A DNA stretch of 57,775 bases, filler included, from Sphacelaria rigidula (lineage: Eukaryota), in NCBI GenBank assembly GCA_964200075.2. It is 9 parts of 9 records of this genome, joined end to end, with 100 filler letters (N's around TTAATTAATTAA, not from the genome) between each part and the next. Parts side by side here need not be neighbours in the genome. Positions count along the whole stretch, not along the records: positions 6,432 to 12,762 come from CAXNAA020020731.1; positions 12,863 to 19,193 come from CAXNAA020020732.1; positions 19,294 to 25,624 come from CAXNAA020020733.1; 6 more parts are not named here. The stretch is one strand, 5' to 3'. A program made the position numbers and the translations under genes. Positions 11,621-25,601 of the stretch are shown piece after piece (the first letter of the stretch is position 1; each line of letters opens with the position of its first letter). The notes beneath the pieces were generated by a model. That model made no database searches, was not told where the DNA came from, and saw nothing but the letters and a program-made list of their open reading frames with translations.

Positions 11621-14600
11621 CACGTGAAGTGCAGACCAACCAGCCGATGCATGCTCTGCCGTAAAAAAGATGGGTAATATATATTGCATATTATATAAGC
11701 TCAACGACGGGACCTGATTCTGCACAGAAAATGTATCTGTGGGGATCCAAACTCATGACCTTCCGCCCTTGTGGAAGTCTCTTACACGATCTAGACAACG
11801 GGGAGCACCGGTGTCACACAAGAAGTTGAATGCACAGCCCAATTTGAGGAGTTTTGAGCAGAGGTTTTATTGTACACGTCCGTTCTACGCGTCAATACGC
11901 GAAAACGTATTGCCTTACCCATATATATATATATATATATATCGACGTATGATATATATATATATATATCAGAATCTTTAACTGGCTCTACTTTCCTTTT
12001 TTGTTATGTTCTTATTTCTGGCCAAGGCAAGGCAAAACATTTCTCGTCTTGATGGCATAAAAAAAACCGTGTCAAAGCTTCAGCTTCTGGCCATTAGAAA
12101 AAACGAGCCGATCTTAAGCGCCAGAAATTCTGCAAGCTGGCCCGGCGTGTATGTATTTCTCAATGAACGTGTGGAACGTTCCGACCCGTGCATAATGCAT
12201 GGACAGTGAAACAATTGATGTTGGTAGGGACGACATTGTCCGGTGATGCTATGATACATTTACCTGAATGGCCAAGTACTGGCAAACGGCCAACACCACG
12301 TGGTCAGCGAAGTCGAAGCGCTCACTGCAAGTACCGCTGCGGCGGAGGCTGGCGTACCAGCACATGCTGGACTCCCGAGGCTGAAGGATCTTGTCTTGTA
12401 CGACGTTCATCGCCATGTAAAGACCAAAAGAGCGACCCAACACTAACCCGACGTAGAGTAAAAGGCGCCTCGCCTGTGATTGTCTGGGTCCGGGGCAGGA
12501 GAAAAAAAGAAGGATCCAGAAGGCGGCAAAAGCAAAACTTGAACGAAAGCGTTTAATTTATTCTTGGGAGGTGACATACGTTGAGAAATAGCCATCATCA
12601 GGCCAAAGACGCGAGAACAGAGAAGGGCAAGCGTCGTTGTCGCCTAGACTGTGATTATATTGTGTGAGAAAAAGAGGGGGGGGGGCGTACTCATTTGTTG
12701 CTTGCCTTAGTCGTTTGAACATTGACCACGCATCCCTTTTGGGGCGGGGCCAAAGAGGGGGGNNNNNNNNNNNNNNNNNNNNNNNNNNNNNNNNNNNNNN
12801 NNNNNNTTAATTAATTAANNNNNNNNNNNNNNNNNNNNNNNNNNNNNNNNNNNNNNNNNNNNCTTGGCTTAGTGGGGGTGGGGGGCGTAAATGGCCCCTG
12901 TTTTGCCCCCCCCCCCCCCCCCCCGCCCCCCCCTGGGTCTGAGGTTTAGGGTGATGTTGGGTATCGTTGGTGAGGTTGCCTGTTTCTTGTGCCGCTTTTT
13001 TTTATTGTGTCCTCATTTGGTGCCCAGTGAACGAAATAATCTCGGGACCGGTCTTGATTCCCCATCAACCTAGTCGTGTGTGTGTGTGTGTGTGTTTGTG
13101 TGTTCTAGAAATGGAGATAAATTATTTTACTTTACATGGCATGGCATGGCATGGCATTATCAATCGATTATTTCCGCGCTGGCTTGCAGCAATTTGTGTG
13201 TATGTGTGTGTTTGTGTGTGCGTGTTTTAGTTTGCTCATGGGGAATGATCGGTAGAGATTTTTCGATCAGCCGGGGACCAGGGTGGACCCCAGGGCACGT
13301 AATGTGTTGGGGTGGGTTTTGCTGCCAATCATGCCATCGGTCGGTGGAGACGTTCCTAAAGAATACTTCCCCTCTCGTTTGTCCATGCATGCATCCAGTA
13401 TGTGAGCTGGCTTCGTTTATTCTCGACACGGTTTTTGATTCACGCTGTCGAAGTGTTTTCGTCACTATACATACATATATATGTATATATGAGTTCACTC
13501 GCAGTTCTGTACGACCCTGATGTTTATTTTTTGCGGACAAAATGGTATTTGTTTGATATATATATATATACATTCACATATGTGGATGCAGTGTCATACT
13601 CCACGTTTAGGTTCGGTTGCAGAATACTTTATTGAACATTGAACACGGTTTCCCGGTGTTTTTTTCGGACGATTAAGACGGCTCGTTGGACGCGGAGTTT
13701 CAAATTTGTCTAGCAGTAAATTTATCAAGGACCACCCTTAGACATGAAGAACTACATGTATAGGTCGATGCTACGAAGCGCTGAGCCTTTCTGTCCAGCG
13801 GTAGATCATGTCTATATTATGGGTAGTAGGTGTTTCATGTCTGGGGTCGCTCGTTGATGGATATGGGTGTGATTTGGGCGGTTGTGCACATACTCACAAG
13901 GTGTGGAGTGTCTGTTGTGGTCTGATCCGGAACGTTCCAAGCTGTTGTACAAAATGTTTGATGTATTCTGTAACACTTGCGACTCTTGTTCGGCAGTTTT
14001 TTGGCATGCTTAGCTGTTGTTGTTGTTGTTGCTTTTTTGTGCTCCTTCTCCCCGTGTGTTTGCGTTCGGCAATGGTGTGCAAAAAAGAAAAAGAGAGAAA
14101 AAGACATGGTACGTACATTATTATTGAAGTAGATTTTGTTCATGCCTTTCATTCTTCGGTTTCACTCGGTATTTGAAGGATACAGTAGTGAGAAAATGTT
14201 ATATATTGTGCATGTAGAAATTGTTTTCGCAACGCACGTTTGTCATGTGAAATTATCGCGTCTGTCAGATTTGCGATGAAACGGGAAAACGTGTTTTTGC
14301 ATGATGCTGCGCTGTGCCCCCAGTCGTTATTTCGGGGTGTCGAGATGATGGTAACAAGCGATAGGTCGCTCATTTGTTTTTGCGCCGCAGTGCTAGGTAT
14401 AATAGAGCGTAGACCCTTGTTGCAGGCTGGAGTGTTTGACCCCCGCCCCGTGTAAGCTGTGGCTGTTTCGGTAAGTGGCGATACCGGAAATCGAAGCAAC
14501 TCATTGAAAGTTGTCTTTCAAATGCGAGATAATCAGTAGGCTTCGGGTCGGACAATCTCGGCAGGATGCAGTTCACTCTTCATGCGAATTGCCGAACACA

Positions 14601-15030
14601 CCACGGCGCTTCTCGCTTGGTGATTGATATCGAGCCTGGCCCGGCGAAAAGCCGGCGTGCTCCGACCTGGCTTTGTAGGAATGCGAGGTCGATGGTCTCA
14701 GATCATGGCATTCAAGATCATGTGTACGCCTCGCACTGGCCGGTACTGTTTATCATCCACGTTCCCGAAGCAAATTCCTGTAGAGATGAACGCAGAAGTC
14801 GTCAGTATTTACTTTACGCGCTGTGTGTTGAATATACATTGATGCCCTTGGCTCAGGCGAGAAATCTCGATCATTCGGTCTACTAGTTTGTAGGAGGTTT
14901 ATTAGAGAGGCAGGAGGGTAACATATTGGGAGCATTAACTTCCGCACGAAATTTCACCTTCGTTTTTTCCACCGGGTTCCAATATTTCTAAAACTCACGA
15001 AGGGCCGACATTGTAGCCCATGACACCTTT

Positions 15031-15062
<32 letters not shown>

Positions 15063-16789
15063 TTATTTGTGGGATTCGATTCGGGCGGAGGGAGGCATGG
15101 TTTGGCATGGGAAGAGGAGTAAGTAGGCCTTTCCGGTGGATGGTGGGTGGTACTCGCCGTCTTGCCATAACGTAGACTTCTACAGTAGTGACGATGCCCC
15201 TGACTGCGATAGTTTGTTTATAGAATTACTTATCCCACAAAAAGGGGCGGAGAAAAACAAGAGTAGCCCCCTTACCTAGGAACATTCGTTATCTTTCCCC
15301 CCCAAAAACCTGCTAAAGGTAACACCCAAAAATTGGGGTAATGGCATCTCGCGTTTCTACCTGGTACATACGGGGAGTGATACTCATTCATGAAAACGTG
15401 AGCAGTATCGATAGCAGGACGCACACCGTACCCTAGTGGTCTCCTTCTATCGATGTAGAGTGCTCGCGATGCATGTCACTTTCTTAGAGCTCGGAAATGG
15501 TTCGTCTAGCCATTAAGCAGTAAAATGGTGCATGATGGTTTGGTCATCGAGCGGCGCAACCGCGAGCCAAAAAGTCCCCCCCGGCAGAGGGGTGCCCGCT
15601 GGAGGCGCTGTGCCGGAGGCACATTTTGACGCGATTTGGGTTCACTAGAGCCAAAAAACACGTCAAATTTGGGCCAATTTTCAAGGGCTGTATGTAGCAT
15701 GCGTAGCCGGCAACGGCTTACAAAGCCGGTAACGGTAAATGTTGGTTTGAAACCATTATCCAATGGTTGGACGAACCATTACCATTATAATGATATTGGC
15801 CAGTTATAACTGGCAACATTTCCGAGCTCCACCAGTGGGACAGTCTCGAAACCAACGCAACCGACGATCACAGCCATAGTCAAGGCATCATACACGTCAG
15901 TTCCGTGCTATATTCCAGCCCGATAATGGTCAAATGCCGAGGACCAGGTGATCATCTGCCCAGTAGAAACCATTGAAATTTCGCCAGCAGCAGTAGGTTG
16001 AATCAGATTATATGATCTTGCTTGATGTACATCCGGTGGCGCAGAATCGTTTTGGATCTCATGAGAGATGACACCTTGGCGGTGATAAACTGTCTCCTCA
16101 CTCTCCAACAACGGCTGTCTGCTTTCAGGAGAAAATGCGTGTTTTACTTCTCTCTCGGCCACATGCACGCCCGTGAACTTCACTCTTCTCTCCTTGGATT
16201 TGATGGAGACGCAAGTGAGCCTCACAGCCACTGTGCACCCTCTGCAATCCTATCCATTGATGTATAACGTCCGTCGACTTCCAGCATGGCACACAACACC
16301 AACCTTTCACCACCGTGTACTAGGGGAGAGATGAGTTGATCCCTTGAGACGAGGAACAACTCCCAAGGAGTGGAAGAAGACAGTCTCCAACTTGCGCGGA
16401 GTAGGCGAGGTGGGGTCGAAATTAGAGTCTCCAAAGGCTGAAGATCAGGTTTGTATCCAGGGCTTCGAAAGTGAAGCAACAGTGGAGGAATGAAGGAACA
16501 AGGAAGAGGAACGCGACATTGACGCGGAAAATGATATAAATATGTTCGGAACGAGAATCCTTGTCGTGGAATGACGCACCGGATGGGTGTGCAAAGTCAG
16601 CGACAGAAAGGGCAAAGTTGGGGAAAATCCCGGAGCCGGAGAGTGGCGAGAAGAATGGGGGAAAACCGTGAATGAAACGGCAGAAAAACGGAACACTCCA
16701 CACGATACGTGAACTAGATCTCAAGAGCTGACGAAGGGTGGTTTCCCCGCCCCCCCGCCAGGTATGAAAGAACGGCGACAGAGTTTTTG

Positions 16790-19123
16790 CAAGTGCATGT
16801 AACACTGACGGGGAACAGAGAGTTTCTCCTTTATGAAAATACGCGTTTTCCCACCTGCAAATCGTTTCATACGCTTTGCTTTCTGATAAGGACGTTAAAC
16901 TGTCGATTTCTTTTCAGTTCTGTACTCATTGGCGTATGCAAATGCCAGCAAAGTTTGGTATTGCTGTTCGACTGCATCCTCGCACGTTTGGTCGGATCCA
17001 AAGCGGCAACTTTCCCCCAGGCCGCAAGAGTCCTTTAAATCATGTGGACGTTGTTGAGAAAATCAAACTATTTCGTTTTTACAGCTGTTGCGAAATTCGG
17101 TACATATTGTTACGGTGGGTGACCTCTGTGCGGACGGCATTCAGCACAGTAGAGCAACGAAAGCTAGCTCTGATCTGGTTTGCCTGCCGTATTGCTGCCA
17201 GCGTTGCTTAAAAGCCACAAGACCTTTGCGGTCGGCGGTTGATGGCGTGGGTGTCAAATGCAACGACAAGTGGTTGGTCATAGAGCACTCTTATTCCTCG
17301 TGGGATCATGTCTCGCCCCAGCTTGCAATGCATTACCTCCTCACATCGGAATGATTTCTGGGAAGCTACTGGGCCGAGGTGTTCACGCAGCCAGTGTGTG
17401 CTCCAGATTGCAGCATGGATGCACCCCTCTGCACCACGCTAGCAACAGTTAGGTCATCACCGTGGGTATCTTTTTTCACTCCGCATGTCAAGAAGGTCTC
17501 CACAAGTATTTGATCTCTCTCACACACACCCCAACTGGCGTGTCGTACGCTGTTGTGGTCGGGCACCTAGATGATCACGTGTTGGGTAGTGTCAACGATG
17601 AATAACACTCCCCAAATTCAAATTGGGTCTGCTATTAACAGTGGATCCTAGAAAATGAGGTCGATCTCAAAAATGAGGTTCAAGTGGCATGCCTTTTTCC
17701 CAGAGATGACGCAAAACAGTTACACGGAGCAAAACCATCTCCTCCCCCCAAACCCTGCAACTGTGAATCATCAGNNNNNNNNNNCGAACAAATGCGGTGT
17801 GCACGCGTGTCGATGACGATATCACCAGAGAGAGAAGCAACGACACAGAGGAAGCTCCTCGCCCGTGTCCTTTGTGTGTCCTAGCTCGACGATTACCAAC
17901 CGCTCGAGAGACCGGCATCATGCATGTTACCAGCGCGTACCGAATTTCTCATGTGCCGGTAGGTATGTTATTATATTGCTGCGTACAGCCCCCCACATAG
18001 CATCGAGCTGCGGAGAGAGTTCGTCTCTTCTTGCCTGTGGAGCGCACCAATGCGAAGATCGATTTCTCTCTGCCTCTCTTTTTGGACAGGACGCGCCTCT
18101 GTGCGCTGAAAAACAAAGCAATATTCCCGTCACCGCTACTACCGTTCTCTGTCACACACATGCCAGCAAGGACGGTGCGCTGCGGCAAAAATCACAGATA
18201 ATCCACTGTGAACTTGGGGGGGTGTTATTTATCGTTGATTTTACCCGACATGACATATCTGACCATCATGGCGCTCGACCACAAGAGCCTGCCACGGGCC
18301 AGTCGGGGTGTGTGTGTCAGAGATCAAACACTTGTGGAGACCTTCTTGATATGCGGAGTGAAAAAAGATACCAATGGTGGTGACCCAACTGTTGCTAGCG
18401 TGGTGCAGAGGGGTGCGTCAGCTGCAATCTGGAGCTTTCGTTGCTCTACTCAATTGACTTCCGTCTGCAGAGCGTATGCCGAGAGGTCACACACGGTAAC
18501 ACCATTTTATTATCTACCCAAATTCGGAACAGCTACTGCACGAAAACAAGACCGTTCGATTTTCGATACGACGTCCAGATCATTGAAATGACTCTTGTTA
18601 CCCGAGGGAAAGTGTCCGCTTTGGGTCCGGCCATACGTTCGAAGATACTGTCGAACAGCACCACCAAACTTTGCTGGCATTGGCATTTGCCAATGAGTAC
18701 AGTACGGAACACAAATCGACTGTTTAACGTTTTTATTAGAAAGCAACGGGCAAACAACTGTTTGCAGGTAGGAAAACAGGGATTTTCATACACGAGAAAC
18801 TCTGTGTTCCCCCATGGGCGTTACATGCACCCCCCACAACTCTGTCATCCTTCTTTCGTACCTGACGGGGGGACGGGGAAGCCGCAGTTCCTCGGGTAAC
18901 AAGAGTCATTTCAATGATCTGGACGTCGTATCGAAAATCGAACGGTCTTGTTTTCGTACAGTAGCTGTTCCGAATATGGGTAGATAATAACATGGTGTTA
19001 CCGTGTGTGACCTCTCGGCATACGCTCTGCAGACGGAAGTCAGTTGAGTGGAGCAACGAAAGCTCCAGATTGCAGCTGACGCACCCCTCTGCACCACGCT
19101 AGCAACAGTTGGGTCACCACCAT
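16790..19123. repeat. Local inverted duplications of a coding-like segment
   Basis: ~16790-17630 is a diverged inverted copy of ~18210-18830; ~18891-19123 is a near-identical inverted copy of ~18375-18607. Confidence 0.9.
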
Positions 19124-19473
19124 AGAACAGCCGATCCTAATTTTTGGGGTTGGAATATAAAATGAGGTTGAAGTCCCATCCCTCCATTGCAGGNNNNNNN
19201 NNNNNNNNNNNNNNNNNNNNNNNNNNNNNNNNNNNNNTTAATTAATTAANNNNNNNNNNNNNNNNNNNNNNNNNNNNNNNNNNNNNNNNNNNNATCGGGG
19301 ATCCGCCCCTACAAAGCCGGGACGGAACACGCCGGGTTTTCGCCGGACCAGGGAGGGGGGGGGAGAAAAGAGGGGAAAGTGTAAGACCTCCGAAAAACGG
19401 AAAGCAAACACACGACAAGTATCCAGGCACGAAATAGTTTTTGTAGGATAAAATCCGCAAGGTGTCGACTCAC

Positions 19474-22400
19474 TTATACTCGCAAGTGAACTCTTGCCCA
19501 GAGAGCCTCTGCAGAACCTCTCCGATAGACTTTGTCGGCTTGGCAAGCATGGGAAATACGGGCACTCCCGGCGTCAATTGGCACAGCTGCTGAAGTCTGA
19601 CACAAGAGGCGCACCAACCAGTGCAACGGAATTCAAACCGGGGGCGGGGGAGGGGAGGGGAGGGCGGGGGAGGGGGGAGGGGTGACGAGCGAACGCACGA
19701 CATGGCCGGGGGCAATACGAGAACGAGATGGCACAATCCGGGTATTCCGTAGCAAGTCGTTGATGTCAGCAATCCATCATAGAATGCGTTTATTGGGCAA
19801 AAGACGGGGAAAACCAAGTTGGAGTGACACCACACTCACAACTTCCCCCATCCTGGGCATGGCCCTAAATCTGAGCCTTTACCTCCCAGCCTGTCGCCGG
19901 TCGGCGATTGTTCGTGACCCCACCGTCACGATCCCCTCCGTGAATGTTCTACACTAGTGCTCATTTTGTTGTACTCGTCATACTTGTTACCCCCTTCCTT
20001 CCTCGGGGTGAATCCTCAGTCTCAAGGGGTCGTCCACCCATCCCTTCCCCGGTACACGCCTTACATTTTGGTACCGCAGATTGGATCATGACCACAACTT
20101 TCGCAACGTGTCGACCCTTCATGAATAAAAAATTTTGGACGTGAGCTTATTTGTCGTGACTGAATAATCCTGCTCGACGGCGATCCATTTTTGGACCGTT
20201 TCCCCATGGTTTTGCCCACGAAGTATTTGCTCTTCGAGTATAGAATGTGTACACTGACGAAAGATTTCTCCGAGATACTGGAACCACATCCGACCGGCGG
20301 AGGGGTGGCTTGCTCCCAGTATTCAGACTCACATGAGCGTTTGCAGTACCACGAGTAAGGTTGTGAGTATCCTATGGTTTCCACCGGTGTTGAAGATGAC
20401 GTCCCTCAAGCTCAACACACGCACATATGGAGATGTAGAGATATAGAGATATACGTCGATGATGAAAAATGCGTCCAAAATGTCCATCATCACCATCATC
20501 GTTACCACCATTACTATATTATCGTATGAAATTAACATATAATCGCATACTCGTCATGCCTACAACACATAGAGTATATTTAGAATATTTCGAACTCACG
20601 AGGGTGCAGCATACTTTGTAACGAGGCGTCGACGAGATTCAATGCTGATTGTAGTGTGCAAGTTCCTCCGCACCCGCCCCGAGATATGACTGTTCGGGCC
20701 AATGCTAATGCTAGGGGCCCGGTCAGCGGATTCGTGCTTGACTTTGTGCGGGGGTACACATACGTTCGCGACCGCTCGAACGGACGCGCGATCGCGGTGG
20801 TCCCGCAATGTTTCCGGTGGGCATGAACATTTCGAGAGAGGATCTACTCTCACGAGCGCTTGGCAAAGCAAGAATACCGAGACCCTCGAAAAAGACGGAC
20901 GGGACCGGGGCGCAGCTCTGGGTCTCGTGCGGCTTGTCTATATATATATATATATATATATATCGTGTTTTCCTCTCACCGGTACAGCGGCGAACTGAGG
21001 ATCGCCTTTATCAACAAATCCAGGTTGGGACACTCCGAGTACGCCTGCTTCACAACCTGGCACCCCAACTCCAGCTTCTCCTCCATGTCATTGGCCTCTC
21101 GTAGCTTCTGTGCCACAGGAATAAGTCCTGGCCAATAGCAACACATGGAGGCGAGCGATTGACGTCGTCCTTTAAGCTCTCTCTGAAGAAAACGCCTGGC
21201 TGCGTTCAAGCCGACACGCGTCTCCCCTCCCCCCTTCCCCCCAGAAAACGACCAATCTTAGCAGGATGCGGCTCACCCTCAACACATCACAGCGCGTCGC
21301 GCTCGATGAGTCTAGCCTGGTCCGGCGAACCCGGCGTGCTTCGTGCCGGCTTTGTAGGGATACGAGATCAATGGTCTCGTGACTACGGAATGCGAGATCA
21401 TGAGTGCACCCCCCCCACACCGACAAAAGCCAGATTAAATGCTCCACAGAAACTGCGTGTCAACCGGACGGTGCGGGAACATAGCTTCTTCGAGGTAGAT
21501 GTGTGAGGGATGTCGATGAAATTGAGCCCTAGGTTGCGATGGAGGTCAAGGACTACGGTCACAAAGGGGCGTGGCTTTGGGCAAGCATGGCCGTATGAGC
21601 CAGGGGGCGGGTGTACTCAAAATCTTGCATGCCACCTCGCATCCCTACAAAGCCGGCACGGAGCACGCCGGGTTTTAGACGAACCAGGCTCAGGGGGGTG
21701 GAAAAAACTTCATCAACTTTCAACAAAACCAATATGGGGAAATTACCGCACGTTTCATTAACCGGCATAGGGAGAAAACTTCATATTCTAGATGATGTAC
21801 ACACAATATATAGAATTACAGCTGTTTTCGTTCATTAAGCGCACTTTCAGATCGCTCACGCCCGCAGTTCACACATTATATAGAAATTCGCACACGCCTA
21901 TCCAAAAACACCGTTGAGTCAGCACACCGTTAAGTCGACGCGCACCCTTCTAGCCAGCACACGTCTACTCCGCGTCCTTGCACACAGCAGCATACTTTGA
22001 GCCGACGTCCTTCCAGCCAAGCACACATAGATGCCAGTACACCTTCTGTCTGCGTACTTACCCTCCGAATCTTCTCCACCAGCTGCCTTCTCCCCGTCCC
22101 CCCCAACCCCTTCCGCGTCCCCATCTCTGGAAACTCCATTTTCCGCGCAAATCCCCTCCGCACTGTCCGATACTTTTGCCTTGCCTTCTCCCTTCGCACC
22201 AACGTCCGCATTAGTTCCCTCCTTAGACTCGGCAGTCCCCTCCCCATCGTCCTTCTCGTCCGTGACCGTCTTTTTCGCAACAACATTCTCGGATTTCGTC
22301 TCGTCCGATCTGTCCGCTAGATCTTGCTCAGATTTTTCCGCGGCCCGCGCGGCCTCGGAAGGGCACGTCACGGCGGCATAGGATAGAGAAACTATGGAAT

Positions 22401-24219
22401 CACAACCCGCGGTTGCGCGTATCACCGCCACCATGGTCGTCATCCATCACGAACGCCACGAATGAAGGTTGCGCATCGAGCAAGAGAAACGAGCACGGCA
22501 GAAGAGAGTCATTTGTGAGACCAAAGCTGCACACGAATTGCTCTAGACGAGCAAGAAAAAAAAAAAAGACACACGCATAACACTCGAGGTCGAAATGTTG
22601 GAGTCGGGAAAAGAATAAATGAATATCGAGTGTCGGAGCACAAGCCCTGCCGCCTCGCCAGGCACGAACGAGCGCTAAGAGGTATCAAACAGTGAGTACA
22701 CACAACCACAGTACTGCAGGCTAGCGGAAGTCGGGCACAGTGAGCCGTTAAACGTAAAAAAACGGAAAATAGTGCGGCAAGCGGGTGCGGGGCGACGCTA
22801 TTGGAACACTTTCTCGTGTTCATCGTTCGGCTTCAGTCATATCCATCCACAGCCCGCCCGATTGGCTACCGTGACGAGCATGTCAATGATTCTGCCAGAC
22901 ATCTGCGCGGCTCAAGACCTCGGGGAGGGTACAAACTAGGTGTATTGCGAGCTGTACTAACAGCGCAAGCCCACAGGCACCCAACGCGGGGAGAACGCTG
23001 TCAACATCTTCACGAATCACATCTGATTAGCGTCGGCGCAGATTGCAGCCTCCGCCTGAAAACCCATCTTTGAGTGAGTCTACAGGTTGAGACATATCCC
23101 GAGCCGTTTCTTTTTTCACTCACGGCACACTGCCAACAGAACTCGTAACCTTCGCCAACACTCATCACAGTGACTCAGAACGGCAGACTAGCTCCCTCAC
23201 CGACGAGCTCCACAGGGCTACCACGACTAAAGAGAAGCTCACGCAGCGCCCTAGTCCGACAATCATACCCCTCGAGGGCCCCCGGCGCGTAGCTGCCGAA
23301 TGCAGCAGTAGCACCGTTGGTGCATGAAGAAACAACAGGCAGGCGGGCGCCCTGGCGAATAAACTATTGGTGGTGTCCGCGATGAACCTTCTAAATCGCC
23401 ATGTACTGAAGGTGGCTTCACTGTCGAGTATGTTGGCATGCACGCCGGACCGATTTTTGGAGAAATGCTGTTTTTTTCCGGGCACAAACCGGACGGGAGC
23501 ACATAGGGCCACCATGCCAAAACCTCACCAAGGGCTGAATATAGTCCCACCAAGGGCTGAATATAGTCATCGCGGGAAAAGATCTGACTGTGTAGTCAAC
23601 ATACAATGGAGCTTCCTCCGTTTTCTCTGCTGCGGATGTTGTCCTGTGCCTTACCCATGACGGTGGAACTGCTGAGCCCGATGCGCATCTTCCCCTGAAG
23701 CCCTCGGATGATGTACTTCGCCTGCACCCCCTTGCAGGACACCAGCATCTGCAGGCCAAACGGGCCATAAAACCACGGGCGCGAGCAAGCATAAGATACG
23801 CAAGCTGTGTCTATAGACACGCATCTGCACTTGGGCCGAAGGAACGGTTTGAAGCATTTAAAACGGGTGTGCTCGTCTGACAATCTCTATGCAGTCCGCT
23901 CTAGGAGATCAAGACACATACGCAATAAAGCGACCCATTCATGCGACCGAGTACACACTACGATGGACAAGCTGGAGGATATCGGCACAAAACGGGACGC
24001 GACTACGGACCTTGGACAGCCAAGTCTGTCACCAGAGGAGGACTTCGAACAAGAACCCCACGGGTTGTTCTGTTCCACTTGGTGAACACCGGTGAAAGAG
24101 AGACGAAGCGAAAAAGACTCCCGATCACACGGAGCGCTCACCTTCTTAATACGCTTGATTTTCTCGTCCTGTGACAGGCTGCCCTTCACTCGCGCGATCC
24201 CCCGATACTCCTCCAAAAT
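19474..24219 (-). CDS. LIG1: DNA ligase I, partial. Exons 24219-24142, 23748-23655, 22391-22062, 21127-20980, 19596-19474
   Basis: The spliced product reads [68 protein letters not shown]...|..[16 protein letters not shown]..|[38 protein letters not shown]. This is the LIG1 DNA-binding domain leading into motif I (EYKYDG). All introns are GT-AG with consistent phases (0,1,1,2). Confidence 0.93.
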
Positions 24220-24289
24220 CTGGATAACGACACACGTTGGGTAAAGTGTACAACAGTACAGTACAGTGATTTTTTCCCTCACTTCGTCC

Positions 24290-25601
24290 CACGTTGAACC
24301 CCTCCCCTTCCTCGGGACCAGTCCGTAGTGTCAAGGAATCAACCCACGTCTCCTCGTGCACAAGCCCGACTATTTCGTATCACGGATCGGGTCTCCACTG
24401 CTGCACCGCGCCACTTTCGTCGCATCTTCTTGGGCACTCATTTCCTCATATTTTCAACAACAGAAATCAGGTGCTTCCCCGAAAAAAACGGCATCTGCTG
24501 CAATTCGAGCCCTAAACTTCGCCTGGCTCCATTCAATCATGTGCCGGTTGGACAAAAACGGCAAGTGGCAATACATGTCTGGCCTCGTACCGTTGTGTCG
24601 GCAAACCCCCTCCGGCATATCTCATGTCTTTAGATAGCAGGAACAAAGATGCGTACGGTAGACATCACGCGGCCTTGCCGAATCTGTTGGGTCTTTGAGT
24701 GATTGATTGGTTGATTGATCGTCGCACACGAATCGATCCCCAAGGAATATACGCGTGGTCATTACCCACAAGATAGACGTTCCTAAGGTGAACAAAATAG
24801 AAACACGCGCTGAAGGAAACTCGAGAAAAATGAAGGATGAAGTAGGGAAAATGAAATGTGCTGAAGGAACAACTACGTGATGAGAAACAGCCATGGTCAC
24901 GTGCATACCCGAACAATACGGGAAGCAAAGAGACCACACGCAAAACGAAAACCCCCGTAACCCGGTAGAAACCCTTTCAGCGCGACAACCACGGTTCAAG
25001 TTGCAGTTCCCAACGGCATTGCACAACTCTCGTCGGACGGAACAAGCCTGTCGAACAGGCACGGACAGCTACGGACTAACTCGCGGTCGAGAGATTGCAA
25101 CTGGTATACCGCCACCCAACCAAACAAACAGCCTGCACACCAGCGACAGTCGCCGCGTCGAAGTCCCCTACGTTGCAAGCGGCCTCATCTCCAGTTTCTC
25201 ATCCACGAATCTGCTCTTTTGAAATTTGACCTACGGGTATGAGCCCTCCTGGCGTGAAGACGTCAAGTGCTGTTGCCACGCGGAAAGAGGACTCAACAAC
25301 TGTTGTGGCAGTGACTGTGTTCTCGCCTCTGTGTGACGAAATAAGCACAACTTTGCACTCCAACGACGCCTAGAGGTATCTTCTGAAGCAACCAGTAGAC
25401 ACACGTCAAGAAAAAAAATGAAAGGAAAAAATGAATATACTGAACATAATAGTCGACTGGGTTTGTGTGACGTGAGTTGACGCGGTGCGGGAGTTCTGAC
25501 CCAATCCGCGAGACCAAAAAGAAAGGCACGTACCGGGGGAGAGACGGGTTGATCCCTTGAGACCACGGACTCATCCCGAGGAAGGGGAGGGGTTCAAAGT
25601 G
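24290..25601. mobile_element. Putative non-autonomous DNA element with ~130-bp imperfect inverted ends, upstream of the first visible LIG1 exon
   Basis: CAC(G/T)TTGAACCCCTCCCCTTCCTCGGGA... at 24290 and inverted at ~25475-25601; similar single ends at ~4884, ~16316-16420(-) and ~19983. Confidence 0.6.

Noticed and set aside
15485..15831. hAT-like MITE with GAGCTCGGAAATG inverted ends
   Set aside because: The inverted ends are visible but no TSD was found, so it is left unclassified.
17410..17452. Ankyrin-like GCTPLHHA motif
   Set aside because: A single short match followed by a stop, with no 33-aa periodicity.
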